NCBI GenBank assembly: GCA_964016885.1
Contig: OZ024764.1
Coordinates: 20,212,001 to 20,276,000 of the forward strand
Length of the DNA stretch: 64,000 nucleotides
Origin: Eledone cirrhosa
Lineage: Eukaryota
Direction: 5' to 3'
A program made the position numbers and the translations under genes. Below are positions 50,431 to 64,000 of this stretch, piece by piece. How positions within the stretch are numbered: the stretch's first letter is position 1; every line of letters starts with the position of its first letter. Below the pieces are notes generated by a model, which was not told the origin of the DNA, did no database searches, and saw nothing but the letters and a program-made list of their open reading frames with translations.

Positions 50431-50752
50431 GCTTTTCACAGGCGCCGCTAAACTCCACTGCAGGTTACTCCTCTTCCACGTGCCTCCAACTGCTTAACAC
50501 CGGGAGCTGCCCAAAACTCGCTTCCACACCGTTTGCTGGTCACCACTAGAGAGAGGCCCTCTGCTGGCCCTTCCGGTCGAGCATCCTTCCGGCCAAACAC
50601 CCTTCTGGTCGAGCACTCCCCCGCCTCCGGCCACCCCACGCCACACACCCTTCCGGTCGAGCACTCCCCCTCCTCCGGCCACTGCACGCCACACACCCTT
50701 CCGGTCGAGCACTCCCCCGCCTCCGGCCACCCCACGCCACACCATACCCACA
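50431..50752 (-). repeat. 5' LTR with a triplicated internal sub-repeat
   Basis: TG start at 50752 (minus). The block ccttccggtcgagcactccccc..ccggccac..cacgccaca is present three times, versus once in the 3' LTR. Confidence 0.82.
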
Positions 50753-50806
50753 TAATGTTATAGTATCATGATAGGGTAATACAGTTATTTATAGACCTCT
50801 GGTAGA

Positions 50807-51153
50807 TGTTGGTTCAGTCTACCCTGGGGGGGTGTTAGTGTTGGTTCAGTCCACCCTGGGGAGTGTTAGTGTTGGTTCAGTCCACTCTGGGGGTGTTAGT
50901 GTTGGTTCAGTCCACCCTGGAGGGTGTTAGTGTTGGTTCAGTCCACCCTGGGGAGTGTTAGTGTTGGTTCAGTCCACCCTGGGGAGTGTTAGTGTTGGTT
51001 CAGTCCACTCTGGGGGTGTTAGTGTTGGTTCAGTCCACCCTGGGGGGTGTTAGTGTTGGTTCAGTCTACCCTGGGGAGTGTTAGTGTTGGTTCAGTCCAC
51101 CCTGGGGGGTGTAAGTGTTGGTTCAGTCCACCCTGGTGGGTGTTAGTGTTGGT
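50807..51153. repeat. 31-bp minisatellite (~11 copies)
   Basis: Same unit as 3294-3581. Confidence 0.9.
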
Positions 51154-51194
51154 CAATGATAACCTTTATAATTAGAGGCCTGTTGGTGAGGAAA

Positions 51195-53280
51195 GCCCGT
51201 CCTGATTCTAGATATTATGGCCCCACAACACCCTCCCCCCTTGCTAATCTGATCACCTAGGTACCGGAAGCTATCAACCACTTCTATAGAACCTACCTGC
51301 ATTTAAAAAATGTGTCTATCACTGTGACTTCTACTGTCAAATTTCCCTGTACATCTACTGCATATGTAGTTTTCCCTACCTGTTAGTTTGCCTGCTATCC
51401 CACTACATTTCTTGTGTACCCAAAATCTGCATTGTGTACATTATAGAATTTATGCCAGTTCCTTTTCTACATATTGAACAAGGCCATTTCCCTGATGGAA
51501 TGAGAGTTTTGTCCTCTTTTCTACTTATCAACACTTTAGTCTTAGCTAGGTTCACTCTCAGTCCTCTTGATTCCAACTGCTGTTGCAATAGCCGGAATTT
51601 ATTCTCTAGCTTCTCTACTGATTCTGCTATAAGAACCAGATCGTCATCATAGAGAAGTTCCCATTGGCACCTAGTCTTAAACTCTTCTGTTATGACTTAG
51701 AGGACTATAATGAACAAGAGCGGGCTGAGGACCAAACCCTGATGTACTCCTGCATCTGTAATTCCTCACTAAACTCCATGCCTACCCTCACTTTACTGAC
51801 ACCACCTCTGTACATAGCTTGCATTGTCCTCACAAACTATTCCTCTACACCTAGTTTCCTTAGGGACCACCAGATGACAGATTGGGGTACTATATCAAAG
51901 GCCTTTTCTAGGTGAACAAAAGCTAAGTATAGTGGTTTTCTTCTCTAAGAACCTCTCTAGTAGTTGTCTCACTAAGAAGAGGGCATCTGTTTGACCCTTT
52001 CTCTAGGTTGCACAAGTATTCTTTCTGTCACTTTCATAACCTGATCCATCAGTTTTATGCCCCTATAATTACTCCTCTCCAGAACATCCCCTTTACCTTT
52101 ACCTCAATTTATGAGAATACTGCTGCACCAATCTTCGGGTATGACACCACCATATATAGCCTGATTAATGATGCATGCAACCAGTTTAATTCCTACTTCT
52201 CCTGATGCCTTTTGCATCTCAGCAACTATCCCCAACAGTCCAGCAGACCTCCATTTTTCCTTTCCTTAATTACCTCTTGGACCCTATAGTCGTCAATCTC
52301 AATAGCTGGTCCTTCTGTCGGGTCTACTGAAGGTAGTTTCTCTCCTATTCATTCTCCACATTCATCAGTCTCTCATAATGACATTTCCAGGCCTTCTTTT
52401 TCTGATCATTCGTGACACTAAGTACACCGGCATCATCCCGGACACATTTATCTCCAACAACATCCTGATTTGCACTGACACACTGCCTTGCAATGTGGAA
52501 CACTGCACGCCTCTGATCTTCCCGTTGCAGAACATTGGCAAACCTCCTACTCTCAGCCTCCCTGCGTGCTAAGTAGACCTGACATCTAGCTTCTCTCTTA
52601 GTGGCTGTGTATCGGTCTCTACCCCTACAATTTTTCCAAACATTCCATGCTAGTCTTTTGTCTCTAATGGCTCTATCTGCCGTGCTGTTCCACCACCAGG
52701 TCACTCTCTGTCTGGTGTGGAGCTCTGCTCCAGCCACAAGTTTTATGAGTAACCTGCAGTAAGTTGTCACGTAAGAAATTCCAGTTATAATCTATGTCAT
52801 ACGACGCTAAACCGTCTTCTTTTTCATCATACACATCTTGAAGGGCTTGCCTAAATTTATATTTTAGTGAAAGGTCTTTTAGTTTCCAGACCTTCCTTTT
52901 TTCAAACCTTCTTGTATGTCTCTCTTTGTCTCTTGCTTACTGAGATGTCACTAACGACTAACCTATGTTGGTGGGGTACATTGTTCCCTGGGGTATGCCT
53001 TAGTATTTGACACCATCTGTCTCTCTTACTGCCTAACTAGCAAGAAGTCAATCTGTCTCATGTGCTCACCTGATTGGTAGGTTATTAGGTGGTTGGTAGG
53101 TTTCTTGAACTGTTGCAAATGGTTAGTTCACTTGCATCACAAAATACAAGAAGCCTCATTCCTTCTTCATTTCTTGAGCCATAACCATGACCACCATGTA
53201 CCCCAGTGTATCCATCCTGGAGCTGTCCAACATGACCATTGAAGTCCCCTGCTATTATAACTAGGTCTATGTCATTGTGG
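51195..53280 (-). mobile_element. Degenerate RTE LINE, paralogue of 4013-6250
   Basis: RVTWWWNS, KKAWKCHYERL and GKWPCSICRKG motifs. Confidence 0.88.
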
Positions 53281-53824
53281 TTATCTCTACTTATTCCTTT
53301 TCTACATATGGAGCAGGGCCACTTTCCTGAAGGGGTCAGGGTCTTCTCTCCTATCCATTAGCACTTTAGTTTTGGCTAAGTATATTCTCAGAACTTACCA
53401 TTTCAAATTCTATATCTATAGCTGGTCATCTACATAGAGAAGTTTCCATAGACAGCCAGTCTTAAACCTCTCTGTTATGGCTTGGAGAACTATGATGAAC
53501 AAGAGTGGGCTAAGAACTAAACCATGATGAACTCCTACCTGTACCTTCAATTCCTCACTAGACACTTTACTGACAGCTTCTCACAAGCCATTCTTCTACA
53601 CCTAATTTCTTTAACCCTTTAGTATATAAACTGGCCATATCTGGCCAGAATTCTCTCACATCTTTCTGTTCAAACTGGCCGTAACTGGTCACTTATACTT
53701 ATGTTAAGGTATTGTTCTCAAAATAAGTAACATCAAAATCTCATAGATTTGATATTATGTGAGATAAAGCATTTACTGTGAAAATATAATAGTAAATATA
53801 GAGTAATGTGAATACTAAAGGGTT

Positions 53825-54240
53825 AATCTGATGTCACTAATAACTACTTTTATCAGTCAGTATAATCTGATATCACTAATAACTACTTTTATCTGTCACT
53901 TTAATCTACTGCCACTACTAACTACTTTTATCAGTCAGTATAATCTAATGTCACTAATAACTACTTTTATCAGTCAGTATAATCTAATGTCACTAATAAC
54001 TACTTTTATCAGTCAGTATAATCTAATCTCACTAATAACTACTTTTATCAGTCAGTATAATCTAATGTCACTAATAACTACTTTTATCTGTCACTTTAAT
54101 CTACTGCCACTACTAACTACTTTTATCAGTCAGTTTAATCTAATCTCACTAATAACTACTTTTATCAGTCAGTATAATCTAATGTCACTAATAACTACTT
54201 TTATCAGTCAGTTTAATCTACTGCCACTAATAACTAACCT
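53825..54240. repeat. 39-bp minisatellite (~10.5 copies)
   Basis: Same unit as 6791-7090. A two-unit variant block is repeated. Confidence 0.92.
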
Positions 54241-55180
54241 ATGTTAGTCAGCACATTCTTCACCAAGGAACGCCTTAGTATTTATTACAGTCCATTTATC
54301 AATATAGAAATATTATATGAAATTTGTACTGATGTATTACAAGTTTCTCAGTATCTTATAATGTTCTTTTATTATTTCAGAATACCAGAGGACATTGGCA
54401 TTAAAGAGCACGTTACATCAGACATATCCTCAATATTAACCATTTCTAATGAAAGACACTACCCATCATTTCCAAATAATTTTGAAAACACTCAACACTT
54501 TGAAGGGATTTCGTAATATAACTAAATTTCTCAGTATTAAGCTGCTATTTGGAACATAACTTTGCACAATTTCATGAACTTATGATGGAAAGTTTTTAGA
54601 TAAATATAAACACTGGTATGAAAAGGATAAAACACTTTTATATCAGTTGTTTCATCAACACCATTATTTAAAGACTAAAGGAAGCTGTTATACAGAACAG
54701 ATACAACCTTGTTTATATAAATCTATGGGAGAAATACTGTGAAATATTTCTTGTAAACTCAATAACACTTCTATTCTTTGCTGTCTGGAATATGTAGAAG
54801 ATACAAAATAAAGCTGAAGAAATTTACACATGATTTTGTAAGATCTTCATATATTGACAAAGATGATAGTAGATGGAACTACAGGAGTAGAAATATTTCC
54901 ATTATTACAGGAATAACTAATCAAATGAAGACCAGAAAAATTAGATTCTTCACTGTCTGGAATATGTACAAGATGATTTTATATGTATATTAAACTTGAA
55001 GAGATCTACAAAACAGTTTGTATCATCTTTAAATATAAAGAAAGACCAAAGTTGATGGAAATATATCTGGAGGAATATGTTGTAGGAATAATATTATAAA
55101 CATAAAGAAGAAAAATATCCATATATTGACAGGAGAAAAATATTATCACTGTGAATTATGTGAGAAACTGAGGTGATTGA

Positions 55181-56277
<1,097 letters not shown>

Positions 56278-56907
56278 CTGTATCAATATCAAACTCATTA
56301 CATCATACTACAACAACAACAACAATTGTGTAGATCCATCATCCTTGCTAAAACTGGGGTTAACCTTGTAGGTTTTACCTATGATAGGGATCATAAACAC
56401 CAGGTTTCCATTTTTGAAGCAGTGTTTGAAGATTTTGTATAAATTAAAGTTTTTCACATTAAACTTTCATTTATTATACTTTAACAGGTAAGATATATAT
56501 TTGTATTTTTAGTAAAGTTGGGAACTTCTGTAATTTAAACCTGCCAATAGAATGAAAACTTTTGTTGTTGCTAGTCTGACATTGATATTAATTCTATTGT
56601 CCTGTACATTGTCTCAAATATCACAGATTAAACAGATTTTAACAATATCAACAGAAATCAATAACTTGTAAGCCTAATATCTAACTTCCATTTTAACTAT
56701 TTGATATTGTTGTTCCCCTCCCGTCTCTTCAGGTGTTTTAGATTTCAACTTCTATTTACTGGACTATTCCATCACCAAGGCAACATTCATCTGGCTGGCA
56801 GCTTACATCAACTACAGATCTCATCAGTGGTTCACAACAGGCTGTCTGAAAGAAACTTCCAGATATCTTCTATGTCATAGCTATCAATATCCTCCTCCTT
56901 ATCATAT

Positions 56908-57260
56908 GTACCACTCTCACAGTCCCTCTAGATCTTATATTTAACAGGGAGATCTTTTACTGTCCCTACCCTTTTAACAAGATAGTCTTGTACCACTCTC
57001 ACAGTCCCTATAGATCTTATATTTAACGAGGAGATCTTTTACTATCTGTACCCTTTTCTCTAGGTTTTCTTGTACCTCTCTCACAGTCCCTCAAGATTTT
57101 ATATTTAACAGGGAGATGTTTTACTGTCCCTACCCTTTTCTCTAGGTTGTCTTGTACCTCTCTCACAGTCCCTCTAGATCTTATATTTAACACGGAGATC
57201 TTTTACTCTCCAACCCTTCTTTCTCCAGATAGTCTTGTATCTGTCAGTCCCTCTAGATCT
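56908..57260. repeat. 82-bp RTE-derived minisatellite (~4 copies)
   Basis: Same unit as 9710-10505. Confidence 0.85.
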
Positions 57261-57539
57261 TACACCTAGTATCTAGTCTATGTTGAGTGGTACGTCCTTC
57301 TCCAGTAAAGGAGTTAATATTCCCAACCATCTGTCTATCCTGTTTTCTGATGAGAATGAAGTCAATCTAGTTTATCTCTTTACCTGATTGAAGTAACTAG
57401 ATGGTTTCCTGTAAGTTAGTGTTGCAGTGTTTGTGTCACCATGTAAGGTTTATATCTATTAATATAGAGATGTAGTAAAGTTTTCACTGTTGTATCTCTA
57501 TTTTCTAAATATCTTAATAATGTTTCTCTACTATTTCAG

Positions 57540-57990
57540 AATATCACATGATCTTGACAGAAAAGAGTCTTTTAAAGACAACAGAAAGATGTTACATACA
57601 AGTGATATAAACTTGTTTAGTCTGTGGTGAATTATGGTGAAATATTTCTTCTGAATTGAGATAAATAACAACATTTTCCTTTTTCACTGTCTGGAATATT
57701 TACAAGATGATTTTACATTCTGATTAAACTTTGGATATTTACAAAGGAGTTTTCAAAATATTTGGATATTGACAAAGATCACATTTGATAAAATTATGAA
57801 CAATAGAAATATTTACATCAACATAGGAATATTTTCCAGAAGAGATGGGAAAATCATTATACCACTGTAATATTTGTGGTTAAGTATTCTCTCTTCTTTA
57901 TATGTAGAACATCTAACTAAACACTTTAATTAACAAACTATTGTGCTATAGAATTGACAAACTTGAGGAATGTTTAATAAATGTTACAAA
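57540..57990 (+). pseudogene. Decayed ZNF stub exon (U4)
   Basis: ATG 57845 gives MGKSLYHCNICG*. Acceptor and AATAAA are conserved. Confidence 0.65.
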
Positions 57991-58025
57991 CTGTCGTTTA
58001 CTAACTTTAATTTGAAGCTATATTA

Positions 58026-58414
58026 TCTATATACTACTAAAACTCTGTGATTGTGTCTTCTCTGTAATTTAATACAGCTAAAACAGTGCATAATGGGGAA
58101 ATACTTTGAAAAGAATAAAACAAGTTTTGTATAAAATGGAGCACAGGTTCCTAAGATACGGGGTTTTCTGGGTACCTTCATAAATATAGGGAGAGAAAGA
58201 GATAGTGGTTGTGAGAGTGAGGAGACAGATGGAAGAGAGAGAGAGAGCTGCTGGTGTTGTTTAATAAAATGTCTGCGTATATATATATACATATGTGTCT
58301 ATAAATATATATATGTCTGTATATTTTAACTATTTGAAAATTATTTTAAAGTGAACATGATTTTAAAATAATAGTTTTAAGGGAACGTGACCCAACAGGT
58401 CGCGAGTTGTCTAG
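58026..58414 (+). mobile_element. Non-autonomous Helitron-like element
   Basis: A|TC start and CTAG|T end. Confidence 0.7.
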
Positions 58415-58819
58415 TTTGTTACTAAATACTAGATATTACAGGGTCATGTTCTAGATGTGCTGGAAGAGCCATTCCATCTCGTGAGGCTCACACCAGCAGC
58501 TAGCCACCTCAGCACCTATGGTGGTATATTTATTATATTATTTATTCTTTATCATTAACATTAATATAAAAGATAATTATATATTTTTAGAGAAGAACCT
58601 CTAATTTCATATAGCTTAGGGCTTCAGTAGGTAATATTCTGGCCCTGCTTGTCTTGTATTTTTTAGGGGAGAAGTTAGGGAATACTGTTATTGTGTGAAA
58701 GTTTTCTAAATCTTCTTCAGCCACTAACATGGAGAAGATATTTCAGTAAGAAGGTTCACATCCGGACATCTATAGCTGTTAACAAGGAGGTTGGAATTCA
58801 TTATTAAACAAATGTTATA

Positions 58820-59612
58820 TCATCATCACTGTTTAACAACAGTTTTTCCACGCTGGCATGGGTTAGACGAGTTATCCTGTTGTAAGCAATGACAGGTCAG
58901 GTGACCACGTGTTGCTCCTACAGAACAAATTTTGGATTGGTTTCTACAGCTGGATGCCCTTCCTAGCACCAACCTTAATTACATTGAGTACTGGGTGCAT
59001 TTTACCATCTCACCATCACGACCACTTTACAGTGTGCATTGGGTGCTTTTTGTTGTGACACCTACATTACCACTTTACAGTGTGCGTTGGGTGCTTTTTG
59101 TCGTGACACCTACATGACCACTTTATAGTGTGGACTGGGTACTTTTTGTTGTGACACCAACATGACCATTTTAAAGTTTTGGCTGGGTACTTTTTGTTGT
59201 CACCTACATGACCACTTTACAGTTTGGGCTGGGTGCTTTTTGCCGTGACACCTACATGACCGCTTTACAGTGTGTGCTGGTTTCTTTTTGTCATATCACC
59301 TACATGACCAGCTTATAGTGTTGACTGTGTGTTCTTTACAGTGTGGGTTGGGTGCTTTTTGTCATATCACCTACATGACCACCTTATAATGTTGACTGTG
59401 TGTTCTTTACAGTGTGGGCTGGTTTCTTTTTGTCATATCACCTACATGACCACCTTATAATGTTGACTGTGTGTTATTTGCAGTGTGGGTTGGGTGCTTT
59501 TTGTCATATCACCTACATGACCACCTTATAATGTTGACTGTGTGTTCTTTACAGTGTGGGTTGGGTGCTTTTTGTCATATCACCTACCCAACCACTTTGC
59601 AGTGTGGGCAGT
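58820..59612 (-). repeat. RTE 3' UTR plus 48/71-bp minisatellite
   Basis: Paralogue of 12088-12950. Confidence 0.85.
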
Positions 59613-60341
59613 GAAATATCAGTAATGCACCAGCTCCAATATTCAGTAATCAGAAGAAGGGAGGTAGGCATAAAAGCCAAACTTGCTGTCTTCAATTAGG
59701 TATTTGTGCCAACCCTTACCTATGGTCACATATCTTGGGTAATGACCAAAAGAATATGATTGGTAATACAAATGGCAGATATGGGATTCCTCTGAAGGGT
59801 CTTTGAAGGAACGTTTCTCAATAAAGTGCATAGCTCTGAGATCAGAGAGTCACTCCAGGTGGAGCTGTTACTTCTCCTAATTGAGAGATCACAGCTGCAA
59901 TACTATGGCCATGTGGTTAGAATGTCTGAGGAAAGAATCACTGGATAGATTTTACAGGCTAAACTAACCGGCAGGAGACCCAGGGGTAGACCTGAGCAAG
60001 ATGGTCACATAACATCCATGAGCTTGGCTGGTCTCTCTGGGAGATCCAGCCAGATCAGTTGGAGTGGGTTGCTTCTGACAGGACCTGTTGGAGGGAGTGT
60101 TTGAGGACTCTGCCCCCAAGACCCTTTCTGGAATGACTGGATTAATAAGAAGAGGTTGAGGTTACATCATCAACATCAGATTTCCCTGCTAGCAAGGGTT
60201 TAATGAGTCTACTTCAACCAAGTAAGTACTGAAGTGAGGCTACTGATCTCCCAGACAGACCAAGGATCTGAGACTTATTTACATAAGGTCTCATTAGCTA
60301 CTGAGTGCACAGAAAAGGTTGTATGTGTTTATCATGTAGGT

Positions 60342-62693
60342 GAGGCATAACAAACTGAGGGTTCCCCAAGGTCCACATAGGTCACGTGTTGTCTGAGGGT
60401 TGCACACTACAACTAATTATGTACACGACAACTAATTAAAGTAATTTAATAAAATATATTGCAGAAAGATTTGTTACTTAAATTTAGAAACATACAATGT
60501 ACATACAAATGTTTTAGCAGCATTCATGAATACAAAGTAATGAAGTAGTTTGACAAAAAACTAAAATTTAACATGTCAACATATACTTGCAGATTGTAAC
60601 ATCAACAAATACATTGTACACAAATAACAACAGTTGAAAACTGAACATTTATTTGCTACTATTCAACCATCTTTAGTGTTTTGTCCTGAGGCTTGACACT
60701 TCTTTCTGTTGACAATGTTTGGTATGTCTGCCTGAAATGTTTGTACAGTTCCAACTTTGATCAGATGACAAGTGTTGATCAGTCAGCCTTGTTATCTGAG
60801 AAGTTTTTGTTAATTTCATGAAGGAAAATAACTGTCCACTCACATAGGTAGAACCAAACATTGCCATAATCTTTGTGACAAACTTTCTGATGTTAATAAA
60901 CTTTTCAGGAAGGTATGAAAAGAAACCAGGTATCCCCACTACAAGATACTTTGTTCTGAGTGTAGAATCTGACTGCATTTCCAATAGTTCCATCTGCAGG
61001 TATTCTTCTGCCTTCATCAAAGGTGAATGGTACTGAGAATAATGTAAACTGATGTTCAAAAAATGAGAAGTCACAAAATCTTTCCTGAAATTTCTTTAAC
61101 AACAATTCCAGCTGACTGTCATACTTAGCTAAGCTAAATACAGACTCAGTATTGGCAGTGTTTTTCAGCTCTTTGCACATAGGAAAATGAACTAAATTTT
61201 CATCTGACGACGGAGATTTCCATAAGCTTAGTTTTCTAATGAAGCACTTGATGTCATCATTCAACTTATTGATGGGTTTGTTTTAACCTTGTAATTTCAA
61301 ATTAAGATCAGTTAATTGTGCACAACAAAAGCCAGATGTTGGAGCCAACTTTCATCTTTTATTTCATCTGTATTTTGACCTTTCATCTCCAAAAACATAA
61401 TTATTTCAACAAATAGCATCTTTTCAGCACTTTGTGACATGTCAACCAGCAGACTTCTGTGTAGAATGGAACATCGGTGAACTGATTATCCATATCTTCC
61501 AACAACTGGCTGAACTGACGGTGGTTGAGAGCACGGCCTCTGATTTAGTTCACTGTCTTTGTGACCAAGCTAAGCACATGATGCAATTTTAAAATCTTTG
61601 AACATAAATTTTGCTGATGAATAATAGTGAAAATGTGCAAATGATGAATCTAGATATGAGTTTTCTATTTTTGTTTGTAACTTGGCAGCAACACCATTAT
61701 GTCTACCAACCATATTTGCAGCACTGTCAGTAGATAAACATGCAAGTTTACTCAGATCAAAACCATGCAGACCCTGCTTGACCTTCTCAAAGATGTCCTG
61801 GCTTGTTATAGTGTCATGCATGGGGACCAGTTTAATCAGTTCTTCATAAATATTAAATTCACTGTCACAGGCCCTGATGAAGAATGCAAGCTGTACTATT
61901 CCAGTGATGTCAACAGTCTCTTCAATAGCAATAGAAACATGTTCAAACCTTGATGATACAGCCTTTAACTGTTGTTTCAGATCACCTGACATTTCATTAA
62001 TCTGTTCAGCAACAGTGTTCCTGGTTAATGAAATGTCTTTGAATAACTCTGCTTTCTCTGGACAATTTCAGCTGTTTTTACAAGACAGTTGCCTTACAAA
62101 ATCTCCTTCACTGTAAGATTTCCCACTCATGGCAATCATTTGACTGAGTTCTTTGCTTGCAGTTACGGAAGAGACATCCTCTTCCTGAATTAACATAAAA
62201 CAGGTCTGTTGCTGTATCAAGTTAACCTTCAATTCATTGAGTCTTGAAACACACATTGGGGCTTCATATTTATCGTAAGATCGAGGGTTTGTTTCATAAT
62301 GTCATTTTAAATTGTACTCTTTTGGCGTGGCAATGTAGTTGTTGCAAATTAAACAGTGTATCTTTCTGTTCACCATTGGGCTAAAATACTGTAATTCCCA
62401 CTTTTCTTGAAACACTTGCCCTTCTTCGTTCAATTTCCTTTTTCTCTTAGCTGGAGGAGCACTAACCATTTCAAAAACGAAATCATTTGAAATTTTGAAA
62501 GAAAGTTTTCTGTTAATGAGCTGCACGTGATTAATGGAAGTTAAAAGTAGTTGACAAAAATTGCACCAAAAAAAATAATTGTATCGAAAATGTTTTAAAT
62601 TTTATATTACGAAAATGAAACATGCTCGCACTGTAAAAACCTTTGTGTGGGCCGCAGGTTTGCTTGCCAAGGGCCGCATGTTTGACATGTCTG
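60342..62693 (-). mobile_element. hAT Buster/SPIN-type element, most complete copy (~2.35 kb), decayed transposase
   Basis: TSD atgtaggt at 60334-60341 and 62694-62701. Retains the dimerisation-region segment LQMELLEMQSD..MFGSTY..QLFS that U1 and U2 lack. Confidence 0.92.
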
Positions 62694-64000
62694 ATGTAGG
62701 TTACCAACACTAGGGAGGGCAGCATGTCCTTCAGTGTGTTCTGCTACATTAACTACCAGGAGGTCACCACATGAGACAAAGACTACATTTCAAAGAAGGG
62801 TCACAAAAGAACTAACTACGAAAGTCCTCACAGCAAAAAGCAAATAATTGAGCTTTGGGTCTAGGTTAAGGGGGCAGAAGTGCTGTGCCCTGTGGATAAG
62901 ACTGCAAAAGTATTCGCCCGGAACGATGGACAGTGACACCCACTGCATCAGCCACCCCAACCTCATGGGACTCCCTCTTCAGAAGAGCCACCAACGTACT
63001 GATCTTACAGAGGAGCTTGGCAGTACGGGGTCTAAATACTTCTGAGGTCTCGATGGTGACCGGTGTGAAGAGACCTACAATTGATGTCATCCCAGTTATG
63101 TTGGACTGTAATATACTGGGGTATAGAGAGGCCTTAACCTGTCTCAGCCGAGCCACTCAGGGTTGTTTCATCTAGGTACCAGACAGGGGTGACTAGACCA
63201 TGTTGTCAACTGTCAGCACCAATAGGAGTGAGGCGAGAGGGTCCCCTTGCTAGACACCATATATAAAAACGTATTTGCTAATTACTTTAATGAATAATTT
63301 GTTTCATACGTAATTATTACTTTTAACACAATAGGATTTTGTACACGTGTTTGTTTGAAAACATCTTTCAAAGAAGTATGAGACAGTCTTTTGCAGTCTT
63401 CTGGAGTTGCGACCGATAGATAGTATTAGCAATTGGAAAGACCAATGGAAACATTGTTTCCTCGGTCCGATTTGACTAAAAGTCGATCGTAAAAAAAAAA
63501 TATATGTTTATATATATAGAGAGAGATAGAGAAACACACAAACATACACGACTGTAAAACATATGTAAGGGTAGACAACTCTCGTTACCCCCCCCCCATT
63601 CTTTTTGATATACGTGCTTTATATGTTTTGTACGCTTTATTTTGTGTCCTAAGTAGATTTCTGTTTAAGTATTTACGAGATTCACAATGATTCACGTAAC
63701 CAAGTTACTTACATAGAGATATATTTCACATAGAATCACTACAAATGAAAATATTAAGTCAACACTCTGTCAATCAGTCTCACATCACATGGGGTGCCGG
63801 AGTCTCCCTCTAATACTTTCTGAAACAGTCTCACCTCGAGTGATAGCAAGGCTAAGATGTTGGAACTACCAAACACCCTCATATGTATCACCTGACACCT
63901 CGGTAAGGAGAGCTGCCAACGATAATAAGAACATCGTTGTCAGGGACCTATCTCCTCCAAACTTCTCCAACACCACAGACTAGAATATTCTACTCTTTAT

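Larger units (their letters stand above)
46946..50752 (-). mobile_element. Compact Ty3/Gypsy LTR retrotransposon (~3.8 kb), frameshifted
   Basis: Order gag (CFRCQGPHMARDC and CYRCKRPGHIATNC knuckles), protease (ALVDTG ~49850), RT (DYRELN, DLKSAY, YIDD), RNase H, integrase (HHCC; VD..MDN..NGIVER). G-run PPT at ~47159-47171. GC-rich relative to the host. Confidence 0.92.

Noticed and set aside
46946-50752. Bacterial contamination or horizontally acquired island, suggested by high GC
   Set aside because: Domain content and order are those of a Gypsy retrotransposon, and both flanks are host cassette sequence.

Overview
AT-rich eukaryotic (metazoan) DNA. The [11 protein letters not shown]...HTGEKP finger type and the SINE/RTE repertoire suggest an octopus or other coleoid cephalopod (inference). 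The window is a tandem segmental-duplication array of four related 13-18 kb units: U1 ~1-17875, U2 ~17876-31735, U3 ~31736-46945, U4 ~50753-64000+. The ancestral unit appears to be: a conserved NRF1/ETS/E-box-like promoter with a short non-coding exon 1, a TE-filled intron, a single-exon C2H2 zinc-finger ORF with no visible effector domain, a decayed second ZNF stub exon, then further TE relics. The copies are differently broken. U1 has a 16-repeat ZNF. U2 keeps the promoter but has lost its ZNF exon. U3 has a 6-finger ZNF. U4 has 9 fingers plus a frameshifted tail, and its promoter is replaced by a Gypsy LTR element. Other content: RTE-clade LINEs (one with a ~770-codon open frame carrying a PHD-type finger inside the RT region), CRE-clade LINE fragments around the promoter, a Buster/SPIN-type hAT with an 8-bp TSD, a Tigger/pogo element, a Merlin fragment, non-autonomous Helitrons, tRNA-derived SINEs, a MITE, and five minisatellite families, at least three of which derive from retrotransposon sequence. 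Everything was read by eye without alignment tools. Boundaries are approximate and family names rest on motif recognition.
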